In this document: piece by piece, positions 1-13,550 of the stretch | How positions within the stretch are numbered: position 1 is the stretch's first letter | How the letters are laid out: each line of letters opens with the position of its first letter | From: the human T2T-CHM13v2.0 reference genome, Homo sapiens | Length of the DNA stretch: 64,000 nucleotides | NCBI RefSeq assembly: GCF_009914755.1 | Contig: NC_060937.1 | Reading direction: 5' to 3' (one strand) | Program-made: the position numbers and the translations under genes | The notes under the pieces: generated by a model | The model's input: the letters and a program-made list of their open reading frames with translations, nothing else | Databases searched by the model: none | What the model was told of the DNA's origin: nothing

Positions 1-130
1 TGTCCTCAGTGCCCAGAAGAAGGGCCCAATTGTTTGAAAACAGCCGTAACAATTACAGTCTGACTTCATTTTTAGTTAATGTGTATTAATACATAACCCT
101 GCACAGTCTTCTTTGAATTCTGACTCTGAG

Positions 131-235
131 ATATAGACAGACAGATGGGTGGATGGACAGGTAGTTGGGTAGGTAGGTAAGTAGATGATAGATAGACAGA
201 CAGATAGAAAAATAGATGATGGATGGACAGACAGA
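131..235. repeat. Degenerate (GATA/GACA/GGAT)n simple repeat
   Basis: Runs of gata, gaca, ggat and ggta tetramers seen directly. Confidence 0.8.
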
Positions 236-1499
236 ACGGTCACAGCCTTCCCACCTCCAGTATTTTTGCTCTGTTCCACGGTCTTTCCCTCAGGACCGAT
301 GTATTCTCCAATCACCCTCCCAGAGGTTCTGCTCCCCACAATGATGCACCTTGGTGAATTAAGGGCAGGTGAGAGGTTTGCCTTTCTTTTTAGTGTGAGA
401 GACGGGAGGACGGGCAGACAGCAGGCACCTTTCCAAGCACATTGGTCTTAGAAAAGAAGCACGAGGAAATTGAAGATCCAGAACTTTATTTTATGAAAGT
501 CACTGGCCTTTGCTTGCACCAGGTAGCTTAGAGATCTCGGCTGTGGTCCACACTGCAACACCTACTTGTTCCTGACTGTACTGATTAACCTTTCTGGGTT
601 TGACCCGCGTCCTCCCTAACCTTCGGGACATGCTTAGTTGCATTCTTTCCAGGGCAGCCCTTTTTCCTACCCTCCTTGGCCCAATTTGAGCCCCAAACCC
701 TGGTGTAATCCGATGATGATTCCTTCAAATAACAGCAATGTTTGAACATTTTCACCATCCACACCCTTTTTTCTAATGAAATCATACAGGAAGCCCATTA
801 CAAGACTGAGAAGGGTGAAGCTGGTCTGGCTGAGGAAGGGCCAGGGTGCCGGGGACCCAGGCCCCACCCTCAGGCTGCACGAGGCACCCAGAGCAGCCCC
901 TGAGGCAATTCTGCTGACCTGGGAGTCCTGGGAGGCACCTTCTGAGAACCCCCACATGACATCAGGGTGATTACAGGGGTTCACTGGGAAGAGCAGGGGT
1001 CCCTTCAACCCGGTCACTTCACACAGAAGCAACTGGATTGCAGCCATGTAGACAGGCCCTCCTCCAAGAGAACCGTCTGCAGCATTTCTGCCCAAGTAGA
1101 CACGCCGAATACTGTCATTTGGTCACATTCAGGAATCTGGCGGTACTTAAGTCCCTCATTTGCAATAAAGGATTGTGTCAGCATTTCTGTTCTGAATTCC
1201 TATTTTCAATGATTTATAATGAAGCATCTTTTTAAAATGGTTTCAGCTGTTTGAGCTATATGCAGCCAAGAGAATAGATCCTAGGGCTTTTTTAGCACTC
1301 CACTAACTATGAAATTGTTTGATTTTTACAAAACATATTTAGCAAATTGTTAAAAGTATTGGCTAAACACAGCATTTCATAAATGAAATGTTGAAGTGAT
1401 CAAGATGTTGAACTTTAAAATCATCTGCTTTCGCTGAACAGTGTCTTTTTTTACAAAGTTCAATAAGAATTTCTAACATAATTTTATACAACATCATAA

Positions 1500-1790
1500 G
1501 TGCATTGCTACATGTTGTAAATATCACGCCATTACACATTCTAATTACCTGATTACATTCATTTACATTAAATTTGTAATTAAATGTAATTTCATGCTTA
1601 TTGAGTGAAAATCCTTTTGAAACATTGCGATCGTCCTCTCCATCGCAATGTGTGAAACCAAGAGCAGCCCTGACCTGGGATGTCTGCAAAAGCAATTAGC
1701 GATTCGCATCCATTAAATCGCGGTCGCTTAAAGACTCTGCAGACAGCAAGATCACGCATCACAGTTAACTTATTGTGAAGGTGGTGTTGG
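1500..1790. promoter_or_regulatory. Candidate conserved non-coding element / enhancer with inverted repeats
   Basis: Free of recognisable repeats, many TAAT/ATTA cores, 9 CpGs in 1628-1756 despite AT-rich context, and three inverted repeats. Function is inferred. Confidence 0.4.
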
Positions 1791-2514
1791 AAACAAGATT
1801 CTTGTTTCTGCAGCTTTGGTCTTTTGGGGTCTTGGGCTAATGTCGTAAGATGCTGCTTTGGCTTACAAATTAGAAAATTTTGATCTGTGTTATGACTGTT
1901 ATGTTATGGGAAGCAGGCAGTGGAAGTCACCTGACTATATTCTAACCAAGGCTTTTTAAGTCGTAAGAATCCTTTCTTCATTTGCAACAACCTACAGTCT
2001 TTTTCCAAATTCTATCTCCCACCATCACCATAGCAACTACGTCTTATGGCAAGCCTGGGGACATTATCAGATCAACTCGGAGGAGTCTTAGCCCTGAATT
2101 TGGCCTTGAATGACTAATTTTATCTTCTCCTTGTGAACATTTGGCATCACGTGACAGGTCAGCAGCCAAGCTCATGCAGCGAAAGGTTTCTCAGTGGCTC
2201 TTGGCTTCCCTTGACACCTTGGTACTGAAGATGGTGTCTGAGTCCTCCCCTGTGTCTCGTGTGGAAAGATCAGGAAAAACCAAAACCACCGATGTCTTGA
2301 ATGCTAACGATGGAAGAGTGGAGGGAGAGGCAGCATGCCTGGAGATGAGAGAGGGCAGACCTTCCCGTCCAGCAGCCTGAAAGCAGGTTTCACCCTGGGG
2401 CCAGCTGCTCACAGGAGGCCTGGAATGACCTCTTCGGTTCTGATTGGGGTCACTCTCCAAACAAACAAAGCAAAACACAAATCGCTCTTCCTGAAGGAGG
2501 GGATGGGGGTAGAG

Positions 2515-2702
2515 TTGTGGTGCCCAACCTTAGCTGTGCATCAGAATTACCCAGCAGGCTTTGTGAAAACCCAGATTGCTGGGCCATTTCCCCAGAGCTG
2601 CTGATTCAGGAGGTCTAGGTGGGCCTGAGAACTTGCATGTCTCACAAGCTCCCAGGGAAGCTGCTGCTGCTGGCCCAGGAACCACACTTCGTGAACCTCC
2701 CG
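2515..2702 (-). mobile_element. MER5A (hAT-Charlie MITE)
   Basis: gtgcatcagaattacc...ccagattgctgggcc...ctgattcaggaggtctagg...gctgctgctggcccaggaaccacactt matches the MER5A reverse complement over nearly its full length. Confidence 0.85.
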
Positions 2703-3556
2703 CCTGGGTGAAGCCTCCTCTCAATCACAGTATCTACACATCTTAAGCGACTCCCAATACAGAGTCCCATTGATCTCAGGAACAGCACTGGATCTGAATT
2801 GCAGATTGTCCACTTGGACCACACAGCCCCTGGCTCCTCTCTGGACCACTATGCGGCCTCGGAGTGTGCAGGCTGAGCTCACCACCTGGGCTGTGCCTGC
2901 CCGCACCTCTGTACCTTCCAAAGAAGAGGGCTCTGGGGGATGGTGGGCAGGAGAGAGTGCCCATTCGATCTGTGCCCCCCACAGCAGGATTGGTAGCTCT
3001 GGTTTAGAGAGAGCCTTGTGGCCAAGCATTCACCTGGAAAGAGAAAGTAAATGTCCTCTCTGAGCCACATTCCTCCCAGAAACCGATTTATGGAACAGAA
3101 GCAGAGATCACCAGACTGTGGGATCCTGTTCAATAGAGCCAGTCCCGTGAACACTTATTGCGGGCATGTTACACTGTGCCCAGGAGGAGGCCTGGGACAA
3201 ATGAGGCCACCAGGTCTCCAGTGGGTGTCCGTGGGCATAGAGCTGGGCAGAGTCGCAGCGGGAGTGGAAGGGGCACACTAAAGACTTGGAGTCCTCAAGG
3301 AACCCATGCATTCAAGATTTCTAGGACCAATTCCAGGTCCAAAGAATGTTCTTACCTAGTAAAGATGTCCACTTTGGGAATCATATTTTAAAGTGTGCAT
3401 TTCTCACCTAACTCCATCACAAGTATAGCAGGAAAGTGAGCAATTACATCTTCCTCACATTTGGTTTTAATAATGGAAGTCGATGGTTTGTTTCTTAACT
3501 CAGTATGCAAGATTCTCTTGAAATTGAAGACATTCTGTCAGTATTAAAAATAAGCA

Positions 3557-3998
<442 letters not shown>

Positions 3999-5379
3999 TT
4001 ATTTCAAAACTGAGTGATTTCTGACAATGCAGTAGACTCACAAATAACCGCTAGTCTGCAAACACGGGAACATCATGTTCATTTTCCACCCTACTCACTC
4101 TGGAGTGCACGGCTGCTCCTAGTGTGCAGAGAAACTCCCTGCAGTGTGGCACCTGTGCGTCTGCGCCTGGCCTCAGTGCTCATGGCTCACGAACTGCAAT
4201 TTGCTCTCCCTGACTGTTCCCTGCCACAGAGAGGGAAGGGGAGACCCCCGTGAGTGCCCCTTCCCATCAAATAGCTGTGGCTGACACCTCTTGGGGTCAC
4301 CGGATGTCACAAACAGGTCCCACGTGTATCTATTCATTGATTTTTACAGTATTTTCAGGCAAGCTCAGCGCATGTATTGTACCCAACAGGCAAAGGAAAG
4401 AGGGGTAAGACTCCAGGGGTGACATGAGGCTTCCACCCTCAAGGGAAGTAATATCATGCACATAACATAAATATATAAACACCAGCAACACAGAGCCTAC
4501 AGAGCCACCACCTCCTGTGTGGAGAAAGGGAAAGGACGGGCAGCCAGGAGGAGGCTGGGGATGCACGAGGCCACCCGAGCTTCGGGAGCACATCCCTGGG
4601 TATAGAGCAGAGCAGGGTCCCAGTAGGGGTGGAAGGGGTACAGTTGACTGACATCTCTGAGGTTCCCGAGAAAATAATTTGAGCAAAATCTTGCAAGTTC
4701 CATGAGAAAACAAATAACCCTGAATTTCTAGAATAGGTTTGCAATCTAAAGAGGAAATCAGGCATAAAGAACGACTGTGAAATGGGGAGGTCAGGGAAAG
4801 TGTTGGAAGACCGTACCTCTGCAGGCAGGCAGGTGTGGTACCAGGGCTCGCTCCGGACCGGCACAGCCCTGCTGCCCGTCTGCTCCCAGGCCTTTCGGCA
4901 AGGCTCAATAGAAGGAGCCGGCCTCTCCTTGGGGCGCACTCCTGCACCCCGTCAGCACCCCCATCTCCAGCCCCTACCTTCGTCTCCCAGTTCATGCCCT
5001 TTTGTTCCCCCTCCCCACCTGCTGCATATCCCAAACTGCAAGAGCATGACTGCCATTCTGTGTTCCGCGCATAGGGCTTCTGTTCTTATCAATGGTTTTA
5101 AAAGTAAGCAATTTGATCCTTTTATATTTCTATTTAGGAAAAAGAAAAATTAAAACTCCAGTAGGTTTCTTATTTGTTATCATAGCCTGTGAGTAGCTCA
5201 GGGCCCTTTAGAGAAAGTTTTCTTGTTTCTCTTTAGGTAAATGGGAATGATGTTCGTGTCGGGGGCCTTGGCCTTGAGCGGAACATGCATGGCAGCATTA
5301 TTTTCTCTGAAGTATCAAATCCGTAAGGAAAGGTGGCTGCTGCCACCACAATTGTGCTCAGAGCTGTAGCAGCAGCAGC

Positions 5380-5535
5380 TACTGTTGGTTCCGGGCACTG
5401 TTTGTGAGCGCTTCATCATTAACCATCACCGCAACCCCATGTGGAAGAGACTGCAAATGACCCCATTTTACAGACGGGGAAATTTAGGGTCGTCAAACTG
5501 CAGCAACTTTCCCAAGATCACACGGACTAAAGATC
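5380..5535 (-). mobile_element. MIR SINE fragment
   Basis: ccccattttacagacggggaaa...aactttcccaagatcacacgg is the MIR core. Confidence 0.75.
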
Positions 5536-7189
5536 TGAGTGGTATTTTCACTGTGTGGCTTGAATATGTGTGAAAACTACATTCCCTCCTCTGTGATACT
5601 GACTTTAAGTGTTAACTCATCCTGGGGAGCACTTTGCATCAATAGAAGGAATTCTCATCCTACTTGGGATCCAGGTCCTCTTCTCAATCTGGATCCATTA
5701 CTATTCTTAAAGCTCCCCCAATCTTCCAGTCTCAAAGCACATTCTTAATGCTTTGGCTCTCGGTGAGCTGGGATGATGGTGGAGAACGGGGCTATTTCCT
5801 TGGTGCAGGCACCAAGGCCCCAGGTTGTTGGATCTGCTGTGCTTTCTGCCCGAGGCCCATCTGCACCGCCCCAGCCTTCCCTTCTCCTGCACCTTACTTT
5901 CTCCTGGTGCGCCACATTGTCAGTTGATTGCAGCTCCAGCATTAGACCAAACTGTCTGAGATGTGTGTCTGACATTTCTGAAGCTAAGCAGGTGCAGGAG
6001 GAAAAAAAAAGGCTCAGCCGCTTTTTAGGGAGTCAGGTGGCATTGTGCAGCAAACAGAAGGCGCACGGCGGATTCCGGAGCCCAAATCAGATCCTTTTAT
6101 GTGTGTAGAATATATCAATTTGGAATGCACAGTTTGAAATTGCTGGTTATAGAATGTGATCTGTTTTATTGTAGTATAATTTCCCAGGGGCTGCAATATC
6201 CAAATCCCAGCGTAGGGGTGACAGGCTGCTGCTCAGGTTTCTCTCTCCGGAAATCATCACCCGGTGCTCTGAGAACCGGGGTCTGTAGGACACGCCATTC
6301 CTGCTCCCTGTTTTAATGTGGAAAACACTCTGGGGGCCTTGGGTCTTCTGAACCACCTGCCTGGTTGCTTCATGCTGCTGCTTAGGGCCTTTCAGAATGG
6401 ATTTGTATTTATGCTCTCACTCCCTTCTTACTGATTTCTGCTTAACTAAACTTCCATGCCAACAAAACAGTGGGAAGATCCCTAGATTGTAGCATCCGTC
6501 CCACCTCTCTTGAGCTCAGAGGCCACAGTTCTTTGGACTTTGCCTGCCTGCCTTGAAACTGTGCCCAGCTCAGAGGGGAGGATTTGGTTCAGCATCACAG
6601 CCCTCCACGGAAGTGCCCCTGGCAAATGCGATGGCTGTGGCCACCGAGTCCACTCAGCTCACAGATAAAAAGATGGGCCTTCATTCATGTGGTCAAGAAA
6701 GCTGCAGCCAAGACATCATCATCAGGGGAGGCAAGGAGGGGTGCTCCCTGGGGGAACGGCAGAGACAGAAGGGTCTGTCTCAGGGAGGGCGGGAGGGTCC
6801 TGAGCTCTGGGTTGTTCCTGGCCTCTCCAGCCCAGTGTGAAGTGGGAGCTTGAGTCTCATCCCAATGGCCACAGGTCGGAAGTCAGCCCTCCTAGGCCGG
6901 GAAGGCACTTTGCCATCTGTCTCTCTGGCATCACAGCATCCACCTGTGGACAACTGTGAAGGGGGGCCAGAGGCGGGGGCCCAGCCCCTGCTACCTCCGC
7001 AGCTTACTGTCTCATCTCAGGTGCAGTGCTCCACATGGCCACTGCCACCAGGCAGTGTGACCCTGGATGCAATCACAGGAGTGGACTCCAGGGCCAATTT
7101 CTTTTCCATTTCCTCCTTCACTGCCATTTTTGAACCAACAGGAGAAAAACATGCATAGAAGGCTTTATCTTAGAAAGAAACAAACACAT

Positions 7190-7298
7190 AAATGGGGAAG
7201 GGGGAAGAAGGAAGGAACGACAGGAAAGTTAGAAGGAAGAAAAGGGGGGGCATGGAGGGAGGAAGGAAGAGAAGAAGGGAAAAGAGAGAAAGGGAGAG
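7190..7298. repeat. GA-rich low-complexity tract
   Basis: Almost pure purine run (gaaggaagg, agagaagg). Confidence 0.75.
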
Positions 7299-7640
7299 TT
7301 AATTTTCATTGATTATTTTAGTCATTAAAATAATAAAGAAAGTCACATTAAATAAGACACACAAATTAAAATACTTAATAACTATGCTTCTAATTTTCCC
7401 ATTATTTTTGACTTTTGTTATAAATTGCAACCCTAAGTGGTTAAGGTAGCTGTAAACACCCAGCCTTTCCTTTGTTTCTTCTGTGATTTTTTCCTTTAGA
7501 CTCACATGTTCCCTGTAGACATTGATTTATTTCCCTGAGGTGAATACCATCCAATTTTTTACAAGTAGAGTAAACATGGGTCATAAGATCCCTCAGATGA
7601 GTTACAGAATTAAAATTCAGGAAGCATTTTGTGGCCCCAC

Positions 7641-7696
7641 CTGTGGATGCCCGCCATGGACTTTTATACTGTGGATGCCCACCGTGGACTTTTATC
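7641..7696. repeat. 28-bp tandem duplication
   Basis: ctgtggatgcccgccatggacttttata followed by ctgtggatgcccaccgtggacttttatc. Confidence 0.85.
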
Positions 7697-7778
7697 CTAG
7701 GGTCCTTGTGGGGAGCAATCTCATGTGCTTCCTTCAAATCTTTTTCCTGTTTGTTTGCTGTCCTATTTTATGACTTCA

Positions 7779-8047
7779 TTTTATTTATTTATTTTTTTTT
7801 TGAGACAGAGCCTCACTCTGTCGCCCAGGCTGGAGTGCAGTGGCACGATCTTGGCTCACTGCAACCTCTGCCCCCCCGGGTTCACACCATTTTCCTGCCT
7901 CAGCCTCCCGAGTAGCTGGGACTACAGGCCCAAGTCACCATGCCCGACTAATTCTTTGTATTTTTAGTAGAGACGGTGTTTCACCATGTTAGCCAGGATA
8001 GTCTTGATCTCCTGACCTCATGATCTGCCCGCCTCAGCCTCCCAAAG
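7779..8047 (-). mobile_element. Alu (AluY/Sc8-like), about 35 nt 5'-truncated
   Basis: Poly-T then gagacagag...; 'ttcacaccattttcc' and 'gttagccaggatagtcttgatctcc' are diagnostic; ends at cccaaag. Confidence 0.95.
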
Positions 8048-8064
8048 GTATCTTACCAGTTTCT

Positions 8065-8222
8065 AAACACAAATGGCATTGCATCCTCCACACAGCTTCA
8101 CAACTTGGTTTTTTGCTTCGTCATACATTGTGGCGGTCCTTCCACATCAGCACGTTGATCCATTTTACTCTTTTGATTTTTAATGGCTGCATCATATTTC
8201 TTGTCTGAATGATTTTGTAATT
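8065..8222 (-). mobile_element. Old L1M (L1ME-like) 3' fragment, first half; appears to resume at about 14978
   Basis: ttccacatcagcac...tttttaatggctgcatcatatttcttgt resembles the L1M 3' region. Confidence 0.5.
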
Positions 8223-8230
8223 TTTTGTTT

Positions 8231-8740
8231 TGTTTTTACCTTTTTGTTTTGAAATGGTTATAGAATCACACGAAGTTGCAAAGATAATACAGAAAGGTGC
8301 CATGTACCCTTCACCGAGTTTCCCCCAATGGTTACATTTTACGTAATGATAGTACAGTATCAAAGCCAGGAAATTCATATGGGCACAGTCCATGTTTGTG
8401 TCATTACCATTTTATCCCACATGTAGATTCGTGCAGCCCCTACTTCAATCAAGATACAGAACGATTCCATTGTCACAAAATCTCCCTCATGCTAGCTCTT
8501 TATAGGTACAGCCATGTCACTATATCCAGCCATGCCTAACCCCAACCACTCATCTGTTCTCCGTCTCTATAACCTTGTCATTTTGAGAATGTTATGCAAA
8601 TGGAATCTAACAGCACGTGCCCTTTGAGACTGGCTTTTTTGACTTAGCTTAATGTCCTTGAGGTCTCCGTCCAAGTTTTTGCCAGTATCAAGAGTTCGTT
8701 TCTTTTTATTGCTGAGTAGTATTCCATTGTACAGATGTAC
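8231..8740 (-). mobile_element. L1MC-type 3' end
   Basis: gaagttgcaaagataatacagaaagg...catgtacccttcacc...tcccccaatggttacat...ttttattgctgagtagtattccattgt. Confidence 0.85.
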
Positions 8741-8795
8741 CCACCATCTCTTTTTAAATGACCTATGAACTCAAAGTTAGTTTTACATTTTTAAA
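8741..8795 (+). mobile_element. Short MER58B-like fragment
   Basis: ccaccatctctttttaaatgacctatgaactcaaagttagttttacatttttaaa resembles the MER58B internal segment; short and diverged. Confidence 0.45.
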
Positions 8796-9010
8796 TTTTT
8801 TTATTTCCATAGGTTATTGGGGAACAGGTGGCGTTTTGTTACATGAGTAAGTTCTTTAGTGGTGATTTGTGGGATTTTGGTGCACCCATCACCCAAGCAG
8901 TATACCCGGCACCCAATTTGTAGTCTTTTATCCCTCGCCCCTTTCCCACCCTTTCCCCTTGAGTCCCCAAAGTCCATTGTGTCATTCTTATGCCTTTGCA
9001 TCCTCATAGC

Positions 9011-9151
9011 TTAGCACCCACTTATGAATGAGAACATACGATGTTTGATTTTCCAATCCTGAGTTACTTCACTGAGAATAATAGTCTCTAATTTCATCCA
9101 GGTTGCTGCAAATGCCATTAATTCATTTCTTTTTATAGTTGAGTAGTATAG

Positions 9152-9208
<57 letters not shown>

Positions 9209-12200
9209 CACACATACATATACATATACATATATATTACAGTATTCCATCATATGTATATATATTTGTTCCTTGTAGATTCTGGATATTAGTCCTTTGT
9301 CAGATGTATGGATTGGAAGATTTTCTCCCACTCTGTGGGTTGTCTGTTTACTCTGCTGATTATTCATTTTGCTGTGCAAAAGCCCTTTAGTTTAATTAGG
9401 TCCCAGCTATTTATCTTTGTTTTTATTGAATTTGCTTTTGGGTTCTTGGTCATGAATTCCTTGCCTCAGTTAATGTCTAGAAGGGTTTTTCCAAAGTTAT
9501 CTTCTAGAATTTTTGTAGTTTCCGGTCTTAGATTTAAGTTATTGATCCATCTTGTGTTGATTTTTGTATAAGGTGAGAGATGAGGATCCAGTTTCATTTT
9601 CCTACATGTGGCTTGCCAATTATTCCAGCACCATTTGTTGAATAGGGTGTCTTTTCCCCACTTTATGTTTTTGTTTGCTTGGTCAAAGATCAGTTGGCTG
9701 TAAGTATTTGGGTTTATTTCTGGGTTATTTATTCTGTTCCACTGGTCTATGTGCCTATTTTTACACCAGTGCCATGCTGTTTTGGTGACTATGGCTTTAT
9801 AGCATAGTTTAAAATCAGGTAATGTGATGCCTCCAGATTTGTTCTTTTTGCTTAGTCTTGCTTTGGCTATGCAGGCTCTTTTTCGATTCCATATGAATTT
9901 TAGGATTGTTTTTTCTAGTTCTGTAAAGAATGATGGTGGTATTTTGATGTGAATTGCATTGAATCTGTAGATTGTTTTTGGCAGTATGGTCATTTTTACA
10001 ATATTGATTCTACCCATCCATGAGTATAGGATGTATTTCCATTTGTTTGTGTCATCTGTAATTTCTTTCAGCAGTGTTTTGTACTTTTCCTTGTAGAGGT
10101 CTTTCACCTCCTTGGTTAGGTATATTTCTAAGTATTTTATTTTTTTTACAGCTATTGTAAAGGGGGTTAAGTTCTTGATTTGATTCTCAGCTTGGCTGAT
10201 GTTGGTGTATAGGAGAGCTACTGATCTGTGTACATTAATTTTGTACCTGGAAACTTTGCTGAATTCTTTTATCAGTTCTAGGAGCTTTCTGGAGGAGGCT
10301 TTAGGGTTTTCTAGGTATACAATCACATCATCAGAAAACAGTGACAGTTTGACTTCTTCATTACCGATTTGGACGCCCTTTATTTCTTTCTCTTGTCTGA
10401 TTGCTCTGGCTGGGACTTCCAGTACTATGTTGAAGAGAAGTGGTGAAAATGGGCATCCTTGTCCTGTTGTACTTCTCAGAAGGAAATCTTTCAATGTTTC
10501 CCCACTTGGTATTATGTTGGCTGTGCGTTTGTCACAGATGGCTTTATATTACACTGAGGTATGTCCCCCGTATGCTGATTTTGCTGATAGTTTTAACCAT
10601 AAAGGGATGCTGAATTTTGTCAAATGCTTTTCCTGCATTTATTGAGATGATCATGTGATTTTTGTTTTTGATTTTTGTTTCTAATTCTGTTTGTGTGGTG
10701 TACCACATTTATTGACTTGCGTATCTTGAACCATCCCTGCATCCCTGGTATGAAGCCCACTTGATCATGATGGATTATCTTTTTGATATGTTGTTGGATT
10801 CGGTTGGCTAGTATTTTGTTAGGGATGTTTGCATCTATGTTCATCAGGGATATTGGTCTGTAGTTTTCTTTTTTGGTTATTTCCTTTCCTGGTTTTGGCA
10901 TTAGGGCAATACTGGCCTAATAGAAAGATTTATGGAGGATTTCCTCTTTCTCTATCTTGTGGAATAGTGTCGATAGGATTGGTGCCAATTCTTCTTTGAA
11001 TGTCTGGTAGAATTCAGCTGTGAATCCATCTGGTCCTGGACTTTTTTTTGTTGGTAATTTTTGTATTACCATTTCAATCTCGCTGCTTGTTATTGATCAG
11101 GGTATCTAATTCTTCCTTATTTAAGCTAGGAGGACTGTATCTTTCCAGGAATTTGTCCATCTCCTCTAGGTTCTCTAGTTTATGCATGTAAAGGTGTCAA
11201 TAGTAGCCTTGAATGATCTTTTGTCTTTCTGTGGTATCAGTTGTAATATCTCCCATTTTGTTTCTAATTGAGCTTATTTGGATTTTCTCTCTTCTTTTCT
11301 TGGTTAATCCTGCTAATGGTCTATCCATTTTATTTATTTTTAAAAGAATCAGCTTTCTCTTTTATTCATCTTTTGTAATTTTTTTGTTTGTTTCAATTTC
11401 ATTTAGTTCTGCTCTGATCTTGGTTACTTCCTTTCTTCTGCTGGGTTTGGATTTGGTTTGTTCTTGTTTCTCTAGTTCCTTGTGGTGTGACCTTAGATTG
11501 TCGGCTTTTGCTCTTTCAGACTTTTTGATGTAGAAATTTAGGGCTATGAACTTTCCTCTTAGCAACACCTTTGCTGCATTCCAGAGGTTTCAACAGGTTG
11601 TGTCACTATTGTCATTCAGTTTGAACAATTTTTTAAATTTTCATCTTGATTTTACCATTGACCCAATGATCATTTAAGGGCAGTTTATTTAATTTCCATG
11701 TGTTCGCATAGTTTTGAAGGTTCTTTTTGGAGTTAATTTCCAGTTTTATTCCACTGTGGTCTGAGACAGTGCTTGGTATAATTTCCATTTTCTTAAATTT
11801 ATTGAGGCTTGTTCTGTGGCCTGTCATATGGTCTATCTTGGAGAAAGTTCCATGTGCTGATAAATAGAAAGTATATTCTGTGGTTGTTGGGTAAAATGTT
11901 CTGTAAATATCTGTTAAGTCTATTTGTCCCAGGGTATAGTTTAAATCCGTTGTTTCTTTGTTGACTTTCTGTCTTGATGACCTGTCTAGTGCTGTCAGTG
12001 GAGTGTTGAAGTCCCCCACTGTTACTGTGTTGCTGTCTATATCATTTCTTAGGTCTAGTAGTAACTGTTTTATAAATTTGGGAACTCAGTGTTAGGTGGA
12101 TATATGTTTAGGATTGTGATATTTTCCTGTTGGACTAAGGCCTTCTATCATTATATAATGTCCCTCTTTGTCTTTTTAAACTGCTGTTGCTTTAGAATTT

Positions 12201-12446
12201 GTTTTGTCTGATATGAGAATAGCTAATCCTGCTTGCTTTTGGTGTCTATTTGCATGGAATATCTTTTTCTATCCCTTTACCCTAAGTTTATATGAGTCCT
12301 CGTGTTAAGTGTGTCTCTAGAAGACTGCAGATAGTTGGCTGGTAAATTCTTATCCATTCTGTGATTCTGCATCTTTTAAGTGGAGTATTTAGGCTATTTA
12401 CATTCAATGTTAGTATTGAGATGTGAGGTACCATTCCATTCATCAT
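9011..12446 (-). pseudogene. Disrupted L1 ORF2 (endonuclease / reverse transcriptase)
   Basis: Starts MMNGMVPHISILTLNVN at 12446. EN motifs GDFNTPL and SDH (11633-12019), [12 protein letters not shown] and [15 protein letters not shown] (10620-10901), [15 protein letters not shown] and LFSDD (9466-10494), C-terminal KHRMFS. Many stops and frameshifts. Confidence 0.93.
9155..9236. repeat. (TA)n/(CATA)n microsatellite inside L1PB
   Basis: Perfect TA run of more than 20 units, then cata/caca variants. Confidence 0.95.
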
Positions 12447-12499
12447 GCTATTTGTTGCCTGTATACCTTGGTTTTTGTGTGTGTGTGCTTTTTTTGCAT

Positions 12500-13550
12500 T
12501 TGTATTTTTGTTTTATAGGTCCTATGAGATTTATGCTTTAAAAAGGTTTTGTTTTGATGTGTCTCCAGGATTTGTTTCAAGATTTACAGCTCCTTTTAGC
12601 AGTTCTTATAGTGATGGCTTGGTAGTGGCAAATTCTCTCAGCATTTGTTTGCCTGAAGAAGACTGTATCTTTCCTTCGGTTATGAAGCTTAGTTTCACTG
12701 GATACAAAAGTCTTGGCCAATAAGTGTTTTGTTTAAGGAGGCTGAAGATAGGGCCCCTATCCCTTCTAGCTTGTAAGGTTTCTGCTGAGAAATTTGCTGT
12801 TAGTCTCATAGGTTTTCCTTTATAGGTTACCTGGTGCTTTTGCCTCACAGATCTTAAGATTCTTTCCTTTGTCTTAACTTTACATAACCTGATGACAATG
12901 CGCCTAGGAGATAATCTTTTTGTGATGTATTTCCCAGGTGTTCTTTGAGCTTCTTGTATTTGGATGTCTAGGTCTCTAGCAAGACTATGGAAGTTTTCCT
13001 CAATTATTCCCCCAAATATGTTTTCCCAACTTTCAGATTTCTCTTTTTCCTCAGGAACGCCGATTATTCTTAGGTTTATCGTTTAACATAATCCCAGATT
13101 TCTTGGAGGCTTTGTTCATATTTTCTTATTCTTCCTTCTTCGTCTTTGTTGGATTGGATTAATTCGAAAACCTTGTCTTCAAGCTCTGAAATTTTTTCTT
13201 CTGCTTCGATTCTATTGCTGAGACTTTCTAGAGCATTTTGCATTTCTATAAGTGTGTCCATTGTTTCCTGAAGTTTTGTTTTTTATTTATGCTATCTTTT
13301 CATTGAAGATTTCTCCCCTCATTTCATGTATCTTTTTAAAATTTATTTCCTTAAATTGGGCTTCACCTTTTCTGGTGCCTCCTTGATTCACTTAATAACT
13401 GACCTTCTGAATTCTTTTTCAGGTAGGTCAGAGATTTCTTCTTGGTTTGGATCCACTGCTGATGAGCTAGTGTGGGTTTTATTTTGGGGGGGGTGTTAAA
13501 GAACCTCATTTTGTCATATTACCAGAGTTGGTTTTCTTGTTCCTTCTCAT
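12500..13550 (-). pseudogene. Disrupted L1 ORF1
   Basis: Fragments KISELEDKVFE...EQSLQEIWDYVKR (13076-13261) and QVTYKGKPMRLTANFSAETLQARR (12606-12848); likely ATG at 13550 followed by an early stop. Confidence 0.88.

Noticed and set aside
4330-5034. 234-aa ORF
   Set aside because: No recognisable domain, non-ATG start, GC-rich chance ORF, partly over probable old L1 debris.
9466-10494. 342-aa reverse-transcriptase ORF as an active or novel RT system
   Set aside because: Ordinary fragment of a dead L1PB ORF2 with frameshifts on both sides and an altered catalytic motif (FSDD).
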